Below, piece after piece: positions 25,436 to 39,310 of a DNA stretch of 64,000 bases. Within the stretch, counting starts at the first letter, position 1, and each line of letters opens with the position of its first letter. The stretch comes from Octopus sinensis (lineage: Eukaryota), in assembly GCF_006345805.1 (NCBI RefSeq), contig NC_042998.1, positions 71,424,001-71,488,000 on the forward strand. Direction: 5' to 3'. A program made the position numbers and the translations under genes. Below the pieces are notes generated by a model. The model worked only from the letters and a program-made list of their open reading frames with translations, ran no database searches and was not told the DNA's origin.

Positions 25436-26639
25436 AATTTTGTGTTTATAATACTTAAGTTACTTAAATGATAGCTATTATAACATCAGTTGTTATTTAA
25501 TACTGGGCAACCCATGATTAATACGAACTGTGCTGAGAAGTATCCTGGTCATAACACCTCAATACTTTTTTTTTTCTTTTACGAATGTTGTTATTATGAC
25601 TACATTTTGCTAGGTACACTTCGCTGTTCAATACCTCATTGTTTGTGACAGAGATTAGAGGATTTAGTGTCGACTGAGGAAATGTCTTTATGACGATTTC
25701 CAATATTAAATAACAATCATTCATTAAACAGAGAAATCAGAAGAGTCTTAAGAGATCCATCAGCAAATGATCAGCTGATCACTAATCAACGTGCTATATA
25801 TCACTAGGTGTGTTATTTGAATCAACCTGGGATTGAGCGACAACAAAATGCATCATTGTAGTAGCTACGCTCTATCTACATTTCAGTATCAGCTAAAATA
25901 TTGCATACCTCTTTTCCTCGTTTATGTGGCAATGTTGTATGTAAGAAATTTTCTGTATCATATTTGGTAATTTAAAACGTATTACCCCTTTTGCCTCAGT
26001 TACTACATTGTGAGGTAACATATATTATTACATTCATTGTATTGATTTCCTCTCATAATGTTTTATCTTCATACATTTACACAATACATCCTCTACGTTC
26101 GTCAAAGAGTATTATTGCTTATTCAAACAGAATACAATACTTGTCTACTTCTAGTAAATAATATAAAGTCAATATAAGAATGTGAATTGTTTCGTTTTCT
26201 AAATTCATCAAGGAAACTTGCTAAAACAAGAGATATTAATAAAAGTTTTTGGTTTCGCCTAAAATGTTTAACGTGGCTCATTAATACTAAATGAGAGAAA
26301 CGTCAGTATTTCAAACAAATGTTAGTTAGGAGGTAGAGAAATGAAAATGCATATTTTCTCAATGACATAACGTAGACGAAATTGTGAATCTAAGAACACA
26401 ATATCGTACGACTGCCAAAATTTGTTATAGAATTTGAAATATCTAGTATAAAGGAAAATAACCTACGCAAATTGAAATAACAGAAAGGTCTTCCGAACAA
26501 AGTGATTAATATTAATTATTTTAGAAGACTAATGATGAAATATGCAATATCAAAAAAGAAATCTGAATAGATTGCAGTGTCTATAGACCATAGCAAAATT
26601 AAGCCTTGTTTAGAAAAACATACATCACATTAACAACAA

Positions 26640-27110
26640 AATTTCTTTTAAAGAGCAATTGGGATTTCAAATTATGAGATCCAAACAAAAACGTGCCGAA
26701 AGTGAAGAAGTGATAATTTACTTTGAAATGGATTCTAATAGAATGATGGTTTGGATTTAAACAGAGAGTATCCAACAAACGATATCGAAGGAAAGAAATC
26801 GTTAGGATACTACTCGTTTCGGATACACTCAATCGTCATCAGGCAAGAAATAAATGAAGATATTTTGATCATGTCACAACACATCAAGTCACTCTACGTA
26901 AAGCGGGTATGAGGAAACCTGAACGCACTTCTGATAAAGGAACTATAGGAACACAAGAAAGGAAATGATTGAAAGATATCAAATAATGGACAGAGAGGAA
27001 GCTGATGGAATGTTTAAAACTGGTTCATGACCAGCATATTTGGAACAGATTCTTTGCATTTATTGCTATGTATCTACAACCTCATAAGGTCTATAGACAA
27101 TATGCGGATT
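26640..27110 (+). mobile_element. RTE-clade LINE 3' remnant
   Basis: RYFDHV...ERK*LKDIK*WTERKLMECLKLVHDQHIWNR matches the RTE C-terminal YFGHV...W.D.IK.WT...A.DR..WR pattern. Confidence 0.6.
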
Positions 27111-27323
27111 AACAGAATGAAATCTACGAAATCCATGGAATGACTAATCAAAACCTACTACAAAACTTTTTATATGGTCATAAAAACCTTGATAAGCATC
27201 GCTAGGTACGCGAGTAATTAATTTACTATTTTTAATTTTCCCACAATCCTTAGAGTATATTTTCTATTTTGATCTACTCGAATTCGCCGTAATATTTTTT
27301 CTAACATCTTACTACATACATCC

Positions 27324-27361
<38 letters not shown>

Positions 27362-28582
27362 GTTTAGTCTCATTTGAATTCTCACATATAATACATTACG
27401 CGCTTCTGTATATATTTAGTTTAACGCTGTTATAATTGCCTGTTATTGTGGCTAACTCACACTTCCTCATCAATCTCTGTAATCTATTTACCTCATATTT
27501 AATTCGGATATTTTTTGTTCTCTGTATTGACCTTCATGAATGAGGTGTGTATGTATCTCTTCATTTGCTATACTTGAATATTCTAATGTTTTTTTTTTAA
27601 TTGCTAAGTATACGCTGTCTCTTATAATGAGTTTCTGTCCACCCCCACTTCTTGCTTTATATATATCAACACTGCTTTATGGAGGCTCGCCGCTCTTCAC
27701 TGTTAATAGCTTTATGGTGTGTATATCTGTTTCATCTAATTCCCTCATGCTTCTGTCGATTTTTCGCTTTTTATTACAGCAATAACACTCTTGTTAATAC
27801 CAAGCTGGATGGCAATATCTTTACTAACAATTCTATCAGACTTCACCAAAGTATCATGTGGGAATAGACATTAAATGATTGATATTATTAATATTAATTC
27901 AATATTCTAACTGATAATACGTGCTTTCACTGCGCATTCCACCACAGATCAGTGTGCCTTCAATACGTGCAATCTTTTATAATTTTGCTTATTATTATTG
28001 CATTGAAATTATACTATAAAATGTAAATGCAATGTCTGGTGATGTTAATTTTGATGTGTTGTGTATATGTATACATTTTCGGGTCTTGGTTATATGTCTT
28101 TGTGTATGTCGCTCTTTATAATTCGAAAGTGCACCTATTATTATGGAGATCCGTTATTTGTATCACAAGACTTCTATATTTCAGTATTTTTCGCATTTCC
28201 GTCAGAAATACGGTTGTCTATGGAAAATGATTGATCGGTAAGAAGTATCTTTAAAGTCGGTTGTCTCTAGGAAGTAATAAGGGGACAAGTTTCTCTAATA
28301 CGTTTACCCACCTGAACATGTACCATATTGTATGTCAAGACATGTATTCGTTTCGGTGTATTCTTTCCAGTGTATAATCAAAAAATGGGCATAACTCCTT
28401 TAAAATATTTGGACTTTGTCATAACATTATACATATTCATTTTGGCCACTACTGTAGACCAGGGATAATTTTATTCATTGCTGGCTCACAATCTCCAGAT
28501 ATACCCTAGAGTTATTTATATTCTAGTTTATTATAGTATGATAACGATGTATTTTTAGTCAGTTATATATGCATATATACAT

Positions 28583-28625
<43 letters not shown>

Positions 28626-28626
28626 A

Positions 28627-28664
<38 letters not shown>

Positions 28665-29035
28665 GTGTGAGTGTGCGTGTGGATGGGTATACATAAATAT
28701 CTATCTAACAATCAATATATCTATCTATCTATATGCAATGTCTAATATATTTATAGTTTCAGTGTTTTGTATGCGTACGTGATCGGGTGTTGTCTGTATG
28801 CTTTTGGACATATTGGTTAGTCATGACGTTCTTCATAGAATCAAGTGTATTTTTAACAAAGATCATGTCGATATAGCTTGGGTGGTATTGGCTATTTTGT
28901 AGCTGTGACAGTTGGAAGCTCTGATGTAAGCATTTGCTAAACTATGAAGTTGCTTATAACTCTGAATTCATTGTTGGATTAAAAGACAGCCTTCAAAATA
29001 CACAGATGTCATATTCCCCTGTCATATATATATAT

Positions 29036-29105
<70 letters not shown>

Positions 29106-29589
29106 AAATAGAAACATTATTCTTTTTAAATCTTTTAAAGAGATATTCAGCAACAGTTGTTTCGAACAGGGAGCTCATCACTCCCATCCAGCACAATACA
29201 AAATGTTTCTGTTTTATTAGATCAGTGTCTTTCAGCCACTTTAAAATCTATATATTTTCGAACGGTGAATTCAGCAACGCCACCTAGCAAAGCAGCGACT
29301 CTGTTTTGATAAAGGATAATAACCAACAAACCGGTCCACAGCTTTTGTTTTGTGCTGGATGGGAGTGCAGAACACCCTGTTTGAAAAGATAAGGACACAT
29401 ATATTGTGTCGTATAGCAAGCGGGAAACAATATTTCCTGGGGTTAAACAACAGTAACAGTCGTTCCTTTCAGGACAGCCACATTATATTGGTAAATATAT
29501 ATCATTATAAACAGAAATATTATTATATCTAAATCTTTCTAAAGGAGACTACGGCAGCGGAACTGGATATTAACAGTTATCACCAAGCT

Positions 29590-31230
29590 AACATGGCAGT
29601 CCAGGAAAATAGAACGAATGTTGCCGTTTATTAGCTCCAAGGGGCCATTGCCTCTAGCTAGCTATGTGACACACAAACCTGTGTCCATTATAACCTTCGA
29701 ACAAGGAAAGTCAGCCACTTCCCCTCGCTAGTCTGACATCTACAGACTAGTTTCGGGGTATTTGCCCCTTATCGATATAGAGCAGTCGAAGCCAGCAGGC
29801 GTCGCTACTGACCGCTGTTCGAAAGATTATTTACCTTAATTCAGTGGAGTACATCCACTGGTTTTCAAAATTAGAAATATTCTGCCCGTCGTATTAAGAA
29901 ATAGAATTTATGTTATCCAGAAAAAAATGACAAACGTATATAAAACTCAAACAGTAAAAGACGGAAAACGAACAACAGAAGCTAAGGTGTAAAAAGTAAA
30001 ACAAAAGTAAAAAGGTAAAAGAGCTATCCTACTTAGACATTAAATAATAAGGCTGAAAAGATATGAAGTTAGTCAAGAATAGGCGGAATTTTCCAGTTCT
30101 TCAAACTATATTTATACATATGCATATTTATACATATGCATATTTATACATATTTCTGACCTGGAGTTCAATAGAGAGCTAGGGGTCGTAGATCTCAACA
30201 AGATCTGCCAAACAAAGTCTACATTTAATCGATTCATTTACATAAGGTATGGCTTTCTCAATTACTTCCCATTTAATCATATGCGGTGTTTCGTTATGCT
30301 TCAAAGTCCATATTTATCTAGCCAACATAGTGGGTTTAGTTGTGTTTGTACACCGGAAGGAGGCTGTGATTTGCATACCGATCTTTAAATTCACCTTCAC
30401 ATAATCCAATATAGTTGCATAATTATTTAGGGTTGCAGTAACCTATAACTTTTGCCTCATATTTAATACATTTAGTCATACATCTTTGGTCAGGCGGAGA
30501 GGAGATTGGGTTGCGACAGCTATAACTGGATTCAAGGTCTTGGTATTGAACACGTGTAATGATTCTATTCATATTGGGGCAGCAGCTATATGATAATTTC
30601 ACAGAACGTCTATTAAATTTTTCCAGTGTCTGTGAGGGTCTGGAAAGTGTTTGTCTAGGAGAGAAAGGAATCTTTTAACAATGTTACTTTTTTATATTAA
30701 GTGAAAAGAGAGAGGCGAACGAAATGATCTTTAGGTTTCTTATTATTCTCATTAATACTAGAGTGGCTATGTATTACTTTACCATTGATGCCACTAGATC
30801 TATTATTAATATTTTGATTATTATTAGAATTGTTATATATTAATTTCTGTTTGAAGTCACTATTGGTGAGAGCCTTGTTATAATAGGGGGCAGCTTTCTC
30901 GAAAATTTCACTAGAAGAAGAGAGGTTAGACACTGTTAGTAACATTAACTATCAGATTTTTAAATATTACAGGAGGGTGACAAGAGTGTTTATATATGCA
31001 TGCGTGATTCTTATTAGGGTTATAGAAAGGTTTATACGGGAAGGAATTTAAATTTAGGGAAACATCTAACTAATCAACTACAGGGAGATTAGTAGCTACC
31101 GTAATTTAAAATCATAATTGACTAAAGATGGAAATTAGTTGCTTCCTAAATCTGTCAAAGCATGGGTATGTTAGTAGAAGCTTCGTGATGATAGTAGCAT
31201 CTATCATCAAAGCGGTCTATCATAGACTAA
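29590..31230 (-). mobile_element. Penelope-like element remnant (RT C-terminal half, GIY-YIG, 3' non-coding region)
   Basis: LDVSLNL..YKPFYKP...HSCHPP, SNLSSSSEIFEKAAPYYNKAL (30697..30945), YIGLCEGEFKDRYANH, YIWTLK...IKWEVIEKA.PY...CRLCL...LLNSRSE. Confidence 0.88.
29739..29781 (-). ncRNA. Minimal type I hammerhead with mutated core in the PLE 3' region
   Basis: Minus strand: ucuaua UCGAUAA gggg-caaaua-cccc GAAA CUAG UC| uguaga. All three stems pair, but CUGAUGA is altered. Confidence 0.7.
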
Positions 31231-31234
31231 CAGC

Positions 31235-31892
31235 CGGATTACTAAGTTCCTTATGCACAAAAGGAATAGAGATGCCGAAAAATCCGTAAAATGTCACAAC
31301 CGATGCAGACTTTGTGGAATTCACACTGGCGATATCACCCTTATCAAAAGCAGTTGTCCGATAGTATCCTCATGGCATCATCTACCGATGAGATATGATA
31401 TTGTAGCTAGAAGACTCTATAATGAAATCCGACGGAAGGATAATCCTGAGTACAAAGAGATGATAGCCAACAATATGGTAGATGCCATAGCTATTCATAT
31501 TAAAAGCGAATACTGATTGAATGTACCAGTGAAGACCACAATAAAATGTAAGCACAACAGACCTGATATAATGCTTTGGGAAAGAGAAGAGAAATTGTGC
31601 ACAGTTGTGAATTAGCTGCCCAGCAAATGTTAACATAAAGCTGAAGATCAATGAAAAAGAAAACATACTGAACTATTGAGAAATCTGCAGTTACTCTATC
31701 TAGATTACAAGTTCAGGTTTATACCTGTAATTACTGGGGCCCTGGGATAGGTAACATACTGATTAAATATCAATATTGAGAAATTAGGCTTCTCAAAAGC
31801 AGAAGGGAGAAAGCTAATTCGAAGACTACAGATACAAATTTTACCACTGAAACTGCAAATATCTGTAAAACTTTGCAGAAGTTTATCATTTA
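31235..31892 (+). mobile_element. 3' end of a restriction-like-endonuclease non-LTR retrotransposon (R4/NeSL-like)
   Basis: CRLCG...DITLIKSSCP (degenerate CCHC), HNRPDIMLW...ISCP...EKE..Y (PD-(D/E)xK), FIPVITGALG; followed by (TACA)n. Confidence 0.85.
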
Positions 31893-31949
31893 AATATATA
31901 TGTTCATGTCTAGACATGCGACTATATGCATGTGAATACATGAGAATAC

Positions 31950-32140
31950 ATACATAAACATACAAATCTGCACATACATACATACATACATACATTCATA
32001 CAATAAATACCTACATATATACATACACCCATGCGTGTATACATACATGCATACGTACATACATACATACTTACATACATACTCACATACATACATACAT
32101 ACATACATACATACATACATACATACTCACATACATACAT
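31950..32140. repeat. (TACA)n microsatellite
   Basis: catacatacata run. Confidence 0.93.
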
Positions 32141-32144
32141 AAAT

Positions 32145-32290
32145 ATAGGTACTTAAGAAGTTCGATTTATAACCATGTGGTTTGAGGTTCAGTACCGCTG
32201 CACAACACTTTGGGTTGATCTTTTTCTATTATAGTCGCAGGCTGTTCAATTTCTTGTGTAAAAATTTGCTAGACGAAAACTGAGGAAATT
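32145..32290 (+). mobile_element. Diverged 5' half of the CORE-like SINE
   Basis: aaccatgtggtttgaggttcagtaccgctgc...ctattatag...gctagacgaaaactga. Confidence 0.6.
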
Positions 32291-32439
32291 GTATCTTACA
32301 CGCACGCACACACACACACACATACACGGAGGGGGGCATTCACACCCACATACGCATATATATATCAAAGTAAGCACATAATGTGAAATTAGTACTCCTA
32401 TACCGGAGGTAGACTTACATGATTTATTTGTAGCATATT

Positions 32440-33486
32440 CGGCATATTTTGCTTTATGAATTCAAGAAAGGCTACAACGAAACAGAAAGTGTGTTGAATG
32501 ATAATGCAGTATGTGATGATCGCACAATACGCGTAAGTCAGTTTCAACGATGATTCCGGAAATTCCAAGCCGGAAACTACATCCTGGATGAGCCTCGTCC
32601 TGGAACATTTGCAGAGTTCGACGAGGATGTCCTGTAAGTCCTAGTGGAATAAAATCCCAACGTAACTGTTGAGGAACTAGCAGAGAAGTATGGATTTGGT
32701 CTTTCAACCGTTCGTTGACACTTACGTCACATCGGAGAAGTCAGCAAATTGGATCAAATTATTCTTCACGCTATTTTCGAGTCTAATCACGCACAGAAAG
32801 TGAATCTGTGCTCTTCTTTCATGTCACGTCTCACGAACGAATCTTTTTTTGCACCGAATAGTGGGTGGTGAGGATGGGCCCTCTATACAAAATTTCCAGT
32901 GTCAAAGACAGTGGGTGTTGAAAAGTGAGACAACTTTACCGCAGGCTAAAGAATTTCTTCACCCACGTAAGGTGTTATCTGTTAGGTGGGATATGAAAGG
33001 TTTTGTCTACTTTGAATTTTTAAACCCAAACCAAACGATAACAAAGGAGATCTACAACGAGCAGCTAGAGCGACTTAAATCGGCGTTCGAAGGAAAACGA
33101 CCATCTTTGTTTTCAAGACGAAATCGTGTTCTTAGATCAGGAAAATGGCCGGCCACATTCATCGAGGATGATATTCCAAAGACTGGATCAGTTTGAGTGG
33201 GAAACGATGGCCCACCCATCATATTCGCCAAACATTACCCCATCTGATTATCATTTGGACGGAAAATATGAACTCCCTACACGCGGTCAAAACAGTACTG
33301 GAGGAGTACTTTTCATCACGGACAATTGAATTTTGGAAAATGAGCCTTGCAAGTATACCAGATAGATGGAAGAGCATTGTAAACATTGGAGGAAAATATA
33401 TTTTAGATTCAGAAACAAATTTGCTTATCTTAATTGTGAAAAATAAAAGAAGTATTAAAAACGCATTATTTATGGGTAACCCAATA
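32440..33486 (+). mobile_element. mariner (D,D34D-type) transposon relic with right TIR
   Basis: RHILLYEFKKG, RKFQAGN..DEPRPG, LHPRKVLSVRWDMKGFVYFEFL, QENGRPH, HPSYSPNITPSDYHL. Ends aacgcattatttatgggtaacccaata followed by TA. Frameshifted; left TIR not seen. Confidence 0.92.
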
Positions 33487-33733
33487 TATAAGTGCATATG
33501 TGTCTGTGTGTGTGTGTATGTGGTGTGTGTGTCGGTCTGTCTCTCTTGCGTCTGTTCCCCACTGCCACTTGACAACCAGTCTATGTCTCTGTAATACAGG
33601 TATTCGTTATTATAATTATCAGCCTTTAAAATCTATGAACTAAGATCCATAATCCCTCCAAGACGGTGCCCCAGCATTGTAGCATTCCGTTGACTGTAAC
33701 AAGTAAAATGTAAAATATATCTGCTCATATATA

Positions 33734-33774
<41 letters not shown>

Positions 33775-33794
33775 TGTGTAAATATTCATGTATA

Positions 33795-33830
<36 letters not shown>

Positions 33831-33858
33831 CACATGCATACATACACACACACACACC

Positions 33859-33902
<44 letters not shown>

Positions 33903-33932
33903 GCATACATACACCACACATATATATATATA

Positions 33933-34215
33933 TGAATGGGGCAAGAACGCAAAACATCGAGAGAGTTAGGTGACACAAAAAGGGACAACTAAACATCCAG
34001 GTAGACGATACAAAGAAAACAGGGACGGGTCATTCGGAGTTTTCTTTCCTCAGTCGAGTTCCAGATCATATTTGCAATTTCGGCTGGTTCTACTCGAGAT
34101 TGTTCCAATCTGGCCTGCTTCGAGGGAAAACTAAGCTAAGTACGTTAGATTCCTTTGAAGAAAGCAGCGAATGTATACGAAAATAAAGATGGAAAAAAAA
34201 AACGGAGAATGTTAC
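33933..34215. mobile_element. Short dispersed repeat abutting (TA)n, possibly a PLE terminal fragment
   Basis: GC-richer island starting directly after a TA run, with the same layout as 9965-10170 and 22507. Family assignment is inferred. Confidence 0.4.
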
Positions 34216-34339
34216 ACAAATACCTGTGTATATTATGTGTATATCTATGTATTTATCTATTTGATTATCAATATCTATATATATATATCTATATCTATAT
34301 CTATGTATCTCTCTCTCTCTCTCTATTATATATATATAT

Positions 34340-34399
<60 letters not shown>

Positions 34400-35949
34400 C
34401 GTGTGTGTGTATGTGTGTGTGTGTGGATGTGTCTCTGTATCTGTGTCCGTGTGTGTCTCTGTTCATGGAGAAATAGAGGTAGAAAATATGCAGTGCAAAA
34501 GATGTATGAGCTGCTGCATAAAATATAATAGCATGTCACATTAATAGATAAAGTGATATTTTATTAGCATCATTGTTAAGAGATCTTAGCAATCCCTGCT
34601 GAAATCAATCGATTTTCGGTCTGGCTATCTAAAGTGTATTAGTTAAACACAGTCTAGTTGGAAGGAACTTAGCCGATTCCTTCATTAGAAGAAGAACAAG
34701 CCAGAATATATCCCTCGGTAATAGCATGTGCATTATATGATATTACACTGATTGTGAAAGGAGAAGTTTTTAACATGAAGCTAATTTAATATTGTGCAAC
34801 ATCTGAAATCTACATTCATTGTGTGTTGACTTAAGCATGAATTATTTGCTTTGATCTTAAACCGAAAGAAAATTCAGCATTGCCTGTGGATATAGAAATA
34901 ACGGTTTCATTCATTTTCTAAATTGCATAAACGTCAAAGCATCAGAACCAAAACATAATTTTCAGCACGGCTACCTTTTATTCCCAACATACTGAATATC
35001 AAAGTTAGATACTTACATATGGCTATATTCTAAATGTATGAGCATCATATTAATCAATTAATATTTTATACATAAGCAATTTGAATCTTCTTTAGTACTG
35101 AAGCTGAATATGTTGCGGAAAATACACCAATCTAATACCGATGCCTCCTGGATTATATGATTTCGGAAACTAAGATATTTATTTTCGTTCATGATAATTA
35201 TTTTACAGGTTTCAATGGATATTTAAGTGGGTGGATGTAAACTGACTTCAGAAATATAGAAAAATATAATCTTTAAAAGATATAAATGGCTGGCGGTTTG
35301 TACAATACGTAAAGCTTGGAAAATGCATTGAAAGAAATATGTTGAAATAATGCTCTTATCCACTTGTATTTCATATTTTGTGTTCGATGTAGTCGGCGAC
35401 ACAGGCAAAGTCATGCTCCAATTTGGAAATATTACAAAGAGAGAACCAGTAAAATATACTATTTTCTAAAGAGACACATGACCTCAGTGGCAACTTACTC
35501 TTTCGAAGGGATGGGAGACTATTATTATATTATTAGTTTGGTCTCCAGTATGAGCATCCAGGATCTTCACAGATTCTCTGTGAATGGTATAATTTCCATG
35601 GTTTATGTTTCGAAGAGTGTAGTCACGCTCAGAATTCAATGACAACTGAGGAGGTAAAAATATGTGAGTCCTCTAAATTACTTCTAGTAATTATCTGTTG
35701 CACATCTCACTCATCTGTATAGTAAATCTACGGTCCACTTTTGCATGTTGCTCACTTAGTTTTTGTTAATTTCAGGGTTGCCATCATAGAGCAGACCTTC
35801 CATCAACGCTATTTTGCTCATGTACATTCTGCCTATTTGTATATCCATTGTTACATCCCTGGATCATTTATTTCTAAAGTCGGTTAGAATGATTCCATAA
35901 GGGTTTGGTTGGTATTTTTTACAAGTCGAGAGAATTGATAAATGTTTGT

Positions 35950-36400
35950 TTACTCCTTTGCGATGAAATGTCTAAAAGAAAATATTTTGGTAGTTTTACA
36001 TGAGGACCAAACCGAATACTTAATATTTGATTTTAGCTCTCAATGATGTTCTCATTTCTCTTGGAGTATAAGTTTCGTGATAGAATCTCTCAGCGATGTA
36101 TATAGGGAAAATTTCACTTTCATATAGTGCGAAAACAGAACCAATCATAAACCACTGAGAATATAGTATAGGTGAAATGTCATATATGTATGTGTCTTTC
36201 ATCAATTATGTCCCATTATATAATCAGTTACGTCAAATCTATTCATAAATTTACTCACTGTACAATGGAATGTGCTAGTTTTCTCCAGATGAATCATGGT
36301 GGGTATTTGATGCCTACACCTGAGTTGAAAAATATGATTTTTGTCTTCTGATACTTAGATATGTCCCATTCCATTCTCAGTTACTATCTCACTGGAGTGA
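35950..36400 (-). mobile_element. Possible highly decayed RTE-like LINE fragment
   Basis: ORF 36020..36205 contains SVFALYESEIFPIY..ERFYH, resembling RTE VLLYGSETW..Y...LERFH. Boundaries uncertain. Confidence 0.35.
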
Positions 36401-37307
36401 ACATTGCCCATTTTCCTCGCGATTTTATTCAATGACACCAGTATTCATAATCTCAAGTAGGTTCATCCGATTGAATAATTGCTTCCTTGTAACAATTTTA
36501 TAATTCACATACTCCAGAAGAAATTCTATTTGAACATTAATTTATAGTTAACGTTCAATGAAAACATAACTATTTGATTTCCATGCAATCTTATAACTTC
36601 TCGCTATTCAGTTTCCCCATTATATCCCGAAACCACTTCTATAAAATAGTGATCATAATCTAAATCAAAACATTTTCCCCCACGAAATTCGCTTTGAATG
36701 ATACATTATCAAGTTTATAACCATGTATATTTATATACAACCTTTCGAAAGGATTACTTGTAAAATTCCCTCCTAAGTAGCACAGGCAAAAGTAAAAGTA
36801 TTCAAATGCCCAGTAAGCAGAAGATCAACAATAAAACTCTCTTTCTGATTTGCATACATATTTAGAGATAAGATTTGATTTCATTTCAGAAAATTCATTT
36901 ACTGGTATATATAAGTTACGTTATTACATTGCCGACAGTAAATATATATTTCAAGGGATGTAGTAATAACATGACACATTCTTTACCGGCTTTGGAAATA
37001 TTATTGAGCATATTTAAAAGTTTATTCGTTGCTCTAATGAAAGTGTATGTATGCCATTATAGCAACTGAATGTACAGCAATTACTCAGGGAATTTCGAAA
37101 TAATTACTAGATTTCGGTTCGTCTTTATATAATGCGACGAATTTCCAAAATGTCCGCGTGATGTACTAGTAAAACATTTGCATGTATATTCATATAGCCA
37201 TAAATGAAAATGGAAATACATATGCACACTTCAATATCTAGAATATTCCGTATCTACATTCACACACAGTCAAATGTGTGTAAGTCTGTGCATATCTATT
37301 TATTTAT

Positions 37308-37625
<318 letters not shown>

Positions 37626-38297
37626 ACGAAGTATGCGCACATATATATGTACCTCTATGTATCTGTATGTATCGATCTGTAATAAAGGCTATACGTGTAA
37701 GCAAATCCTGAAATCAGAACAGATTATATACATGTTTGCTATTAAAAATTAATATAAGACAGACTTCAACTGCAATCGTAATAAAAATAGCTCTGTACAT
37801 ATATATTCATTTTACATGGAACGTTTGTCAACAAGTTATTAGGTTATATCGAAAATGAAAAATATTTCAGTACTCACGTTGTAAATGCTGGAAATATATT
37901 GGAAATGATGTTCGAAGTATGATTTATGTAGTTAAATAATTGAAAATATAGGATTAACAATAATTGCCACTATATGAATCGCTAAGACTTAAGCCTTCAT
38001 ATAAATAACTCTAAGAGATGATGTAAGTATGTATGTGTGTATGTAAGCGCGCGTGAGGGCTTGTATATGTAGATATACATATGAGTATATAACTGTTCAT
38101 GTTGTTACATAATTAATAACTATTGTCTTTACTAGTCAAAGGATTCATTCCTGGTGGGGAGTAGAATTTATTATTTCAATATGATTTCCAGGTTTACACA
38201 TCTCACGTTAAGTTCAGACAGATAAATGTAACTTCGAAATAGGCAAAGTCTGAAGTCACATTCAACACCTAATATACTCCTTTACGTGTTGCAGATA

Positions 38298-38420
38298 TCA
38301 CTGCGGCCATGCTGTAGCACCGTTTTTAGTCGAACAAACCGACCGCAGGACTTACCCTTTGCACTTTTGGCATCGGTTTCTTTTGCCGAACCGCTAAGTT
38401 ACGGGGACATTAACACACCC
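38298..38420 (-). mobile_element. 3' half of the CORE-like SINE
   Basis: actgcggccatgctgtagcaccg...gccgaaccgctaagttacggggac is the reverse complement of the family tail. Confidence 0.85.
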
Positions 38421-38556
38421 TCACTAAAATGTACGCATAATAGACCTGTACAAAATTGTGGAAATTAGCTGCCCAGCAAATGTTGACATAAGGCTGAAGA
38501 TCAGTGAAAAAGAAAACACCTATGCTAAACTACTAAGAAATCTGCAATTACTATAT
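38421..38556 (+). mobile_element. Short fragment of the RLE-LINE family seen at 31235
   Basis: gaaattagctgcccagcaaatgttgacataaggctgaagatcagtgaaaaagaaaac...gaaatctgca matches about 31610-31700; followed by (TACA)n. Confidence 0.85.
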
Positions 38557-38585
38557 ACATACATACATACATACATACTACATAT

Positions 38586-38670
<85 letters not shown>

Positions 38671-39045
38671 TTTATTTTTAGATATAAATGATGTACTCAA
38701 GTGTAGTTATGTTTTTATGTGCTTTTCCATGATCATACGTGAGTATTTTATATATCCCATCGAAATTTCTATGAGAAGGAATACTTTTTTTTTTTATAGA
38801 TAAGTCCGATTGATTCAATATAGAGATAACGAAATTTAAATTTTCTAAAGGTTAGTTGCCGTTTCAGTTTCAATTTTCCTGTAACAACGGATTATAGTGG
38901 ATAAAACAGTGTATTTGGCTTTAGAATAACCCTCTTTAGCCCTTAATTATATGATATATATATATATATATATAATATATATGTACATATATATATATAT
39001 ATAGTATATATATAATATACATATATAATATACACACATATATAT

Positions 39046-39082
<37 letters not shown>

Positions 39083-39242
39083 GGTATATGTATATTATAT
39101 GATGTATATGTACATATATGTGTGTATATATATAATATATATGTCACACACACACATATATATTATATATAATATTTATGCATCGCGTGCATGTGTGCCT
39201 CCATGCGTATGTGGATGTATCTCTCTCTGCTCTTCTTCCCTC

Positions 39243-39310
<68 letters not shown>

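Noticed and set aside
26803-26850. Minus-strand CUGAUGA...GAAA hammerhead-like motif
   Set aside because: The stem II closing pair is mismatched, stem I is weak, and it lies inside a plus-strand RTE coding remnant; probably chance.
27420-28480. Possible very old minus-strand LINE
   Set aside because: Only a WWN-like word is discernible; too degraded to support a call.
30108-30152. 16 bp tandem triplication tatttatacatatgca
   Set aside because: Local slippage at the end of the decayed PLE ORF; no sign of function.
34070-34130. Minus-strand ...ccagccGAAAttgcaa with a palindrome
   Set aside because: No recognisable CUGANGA box upstream.
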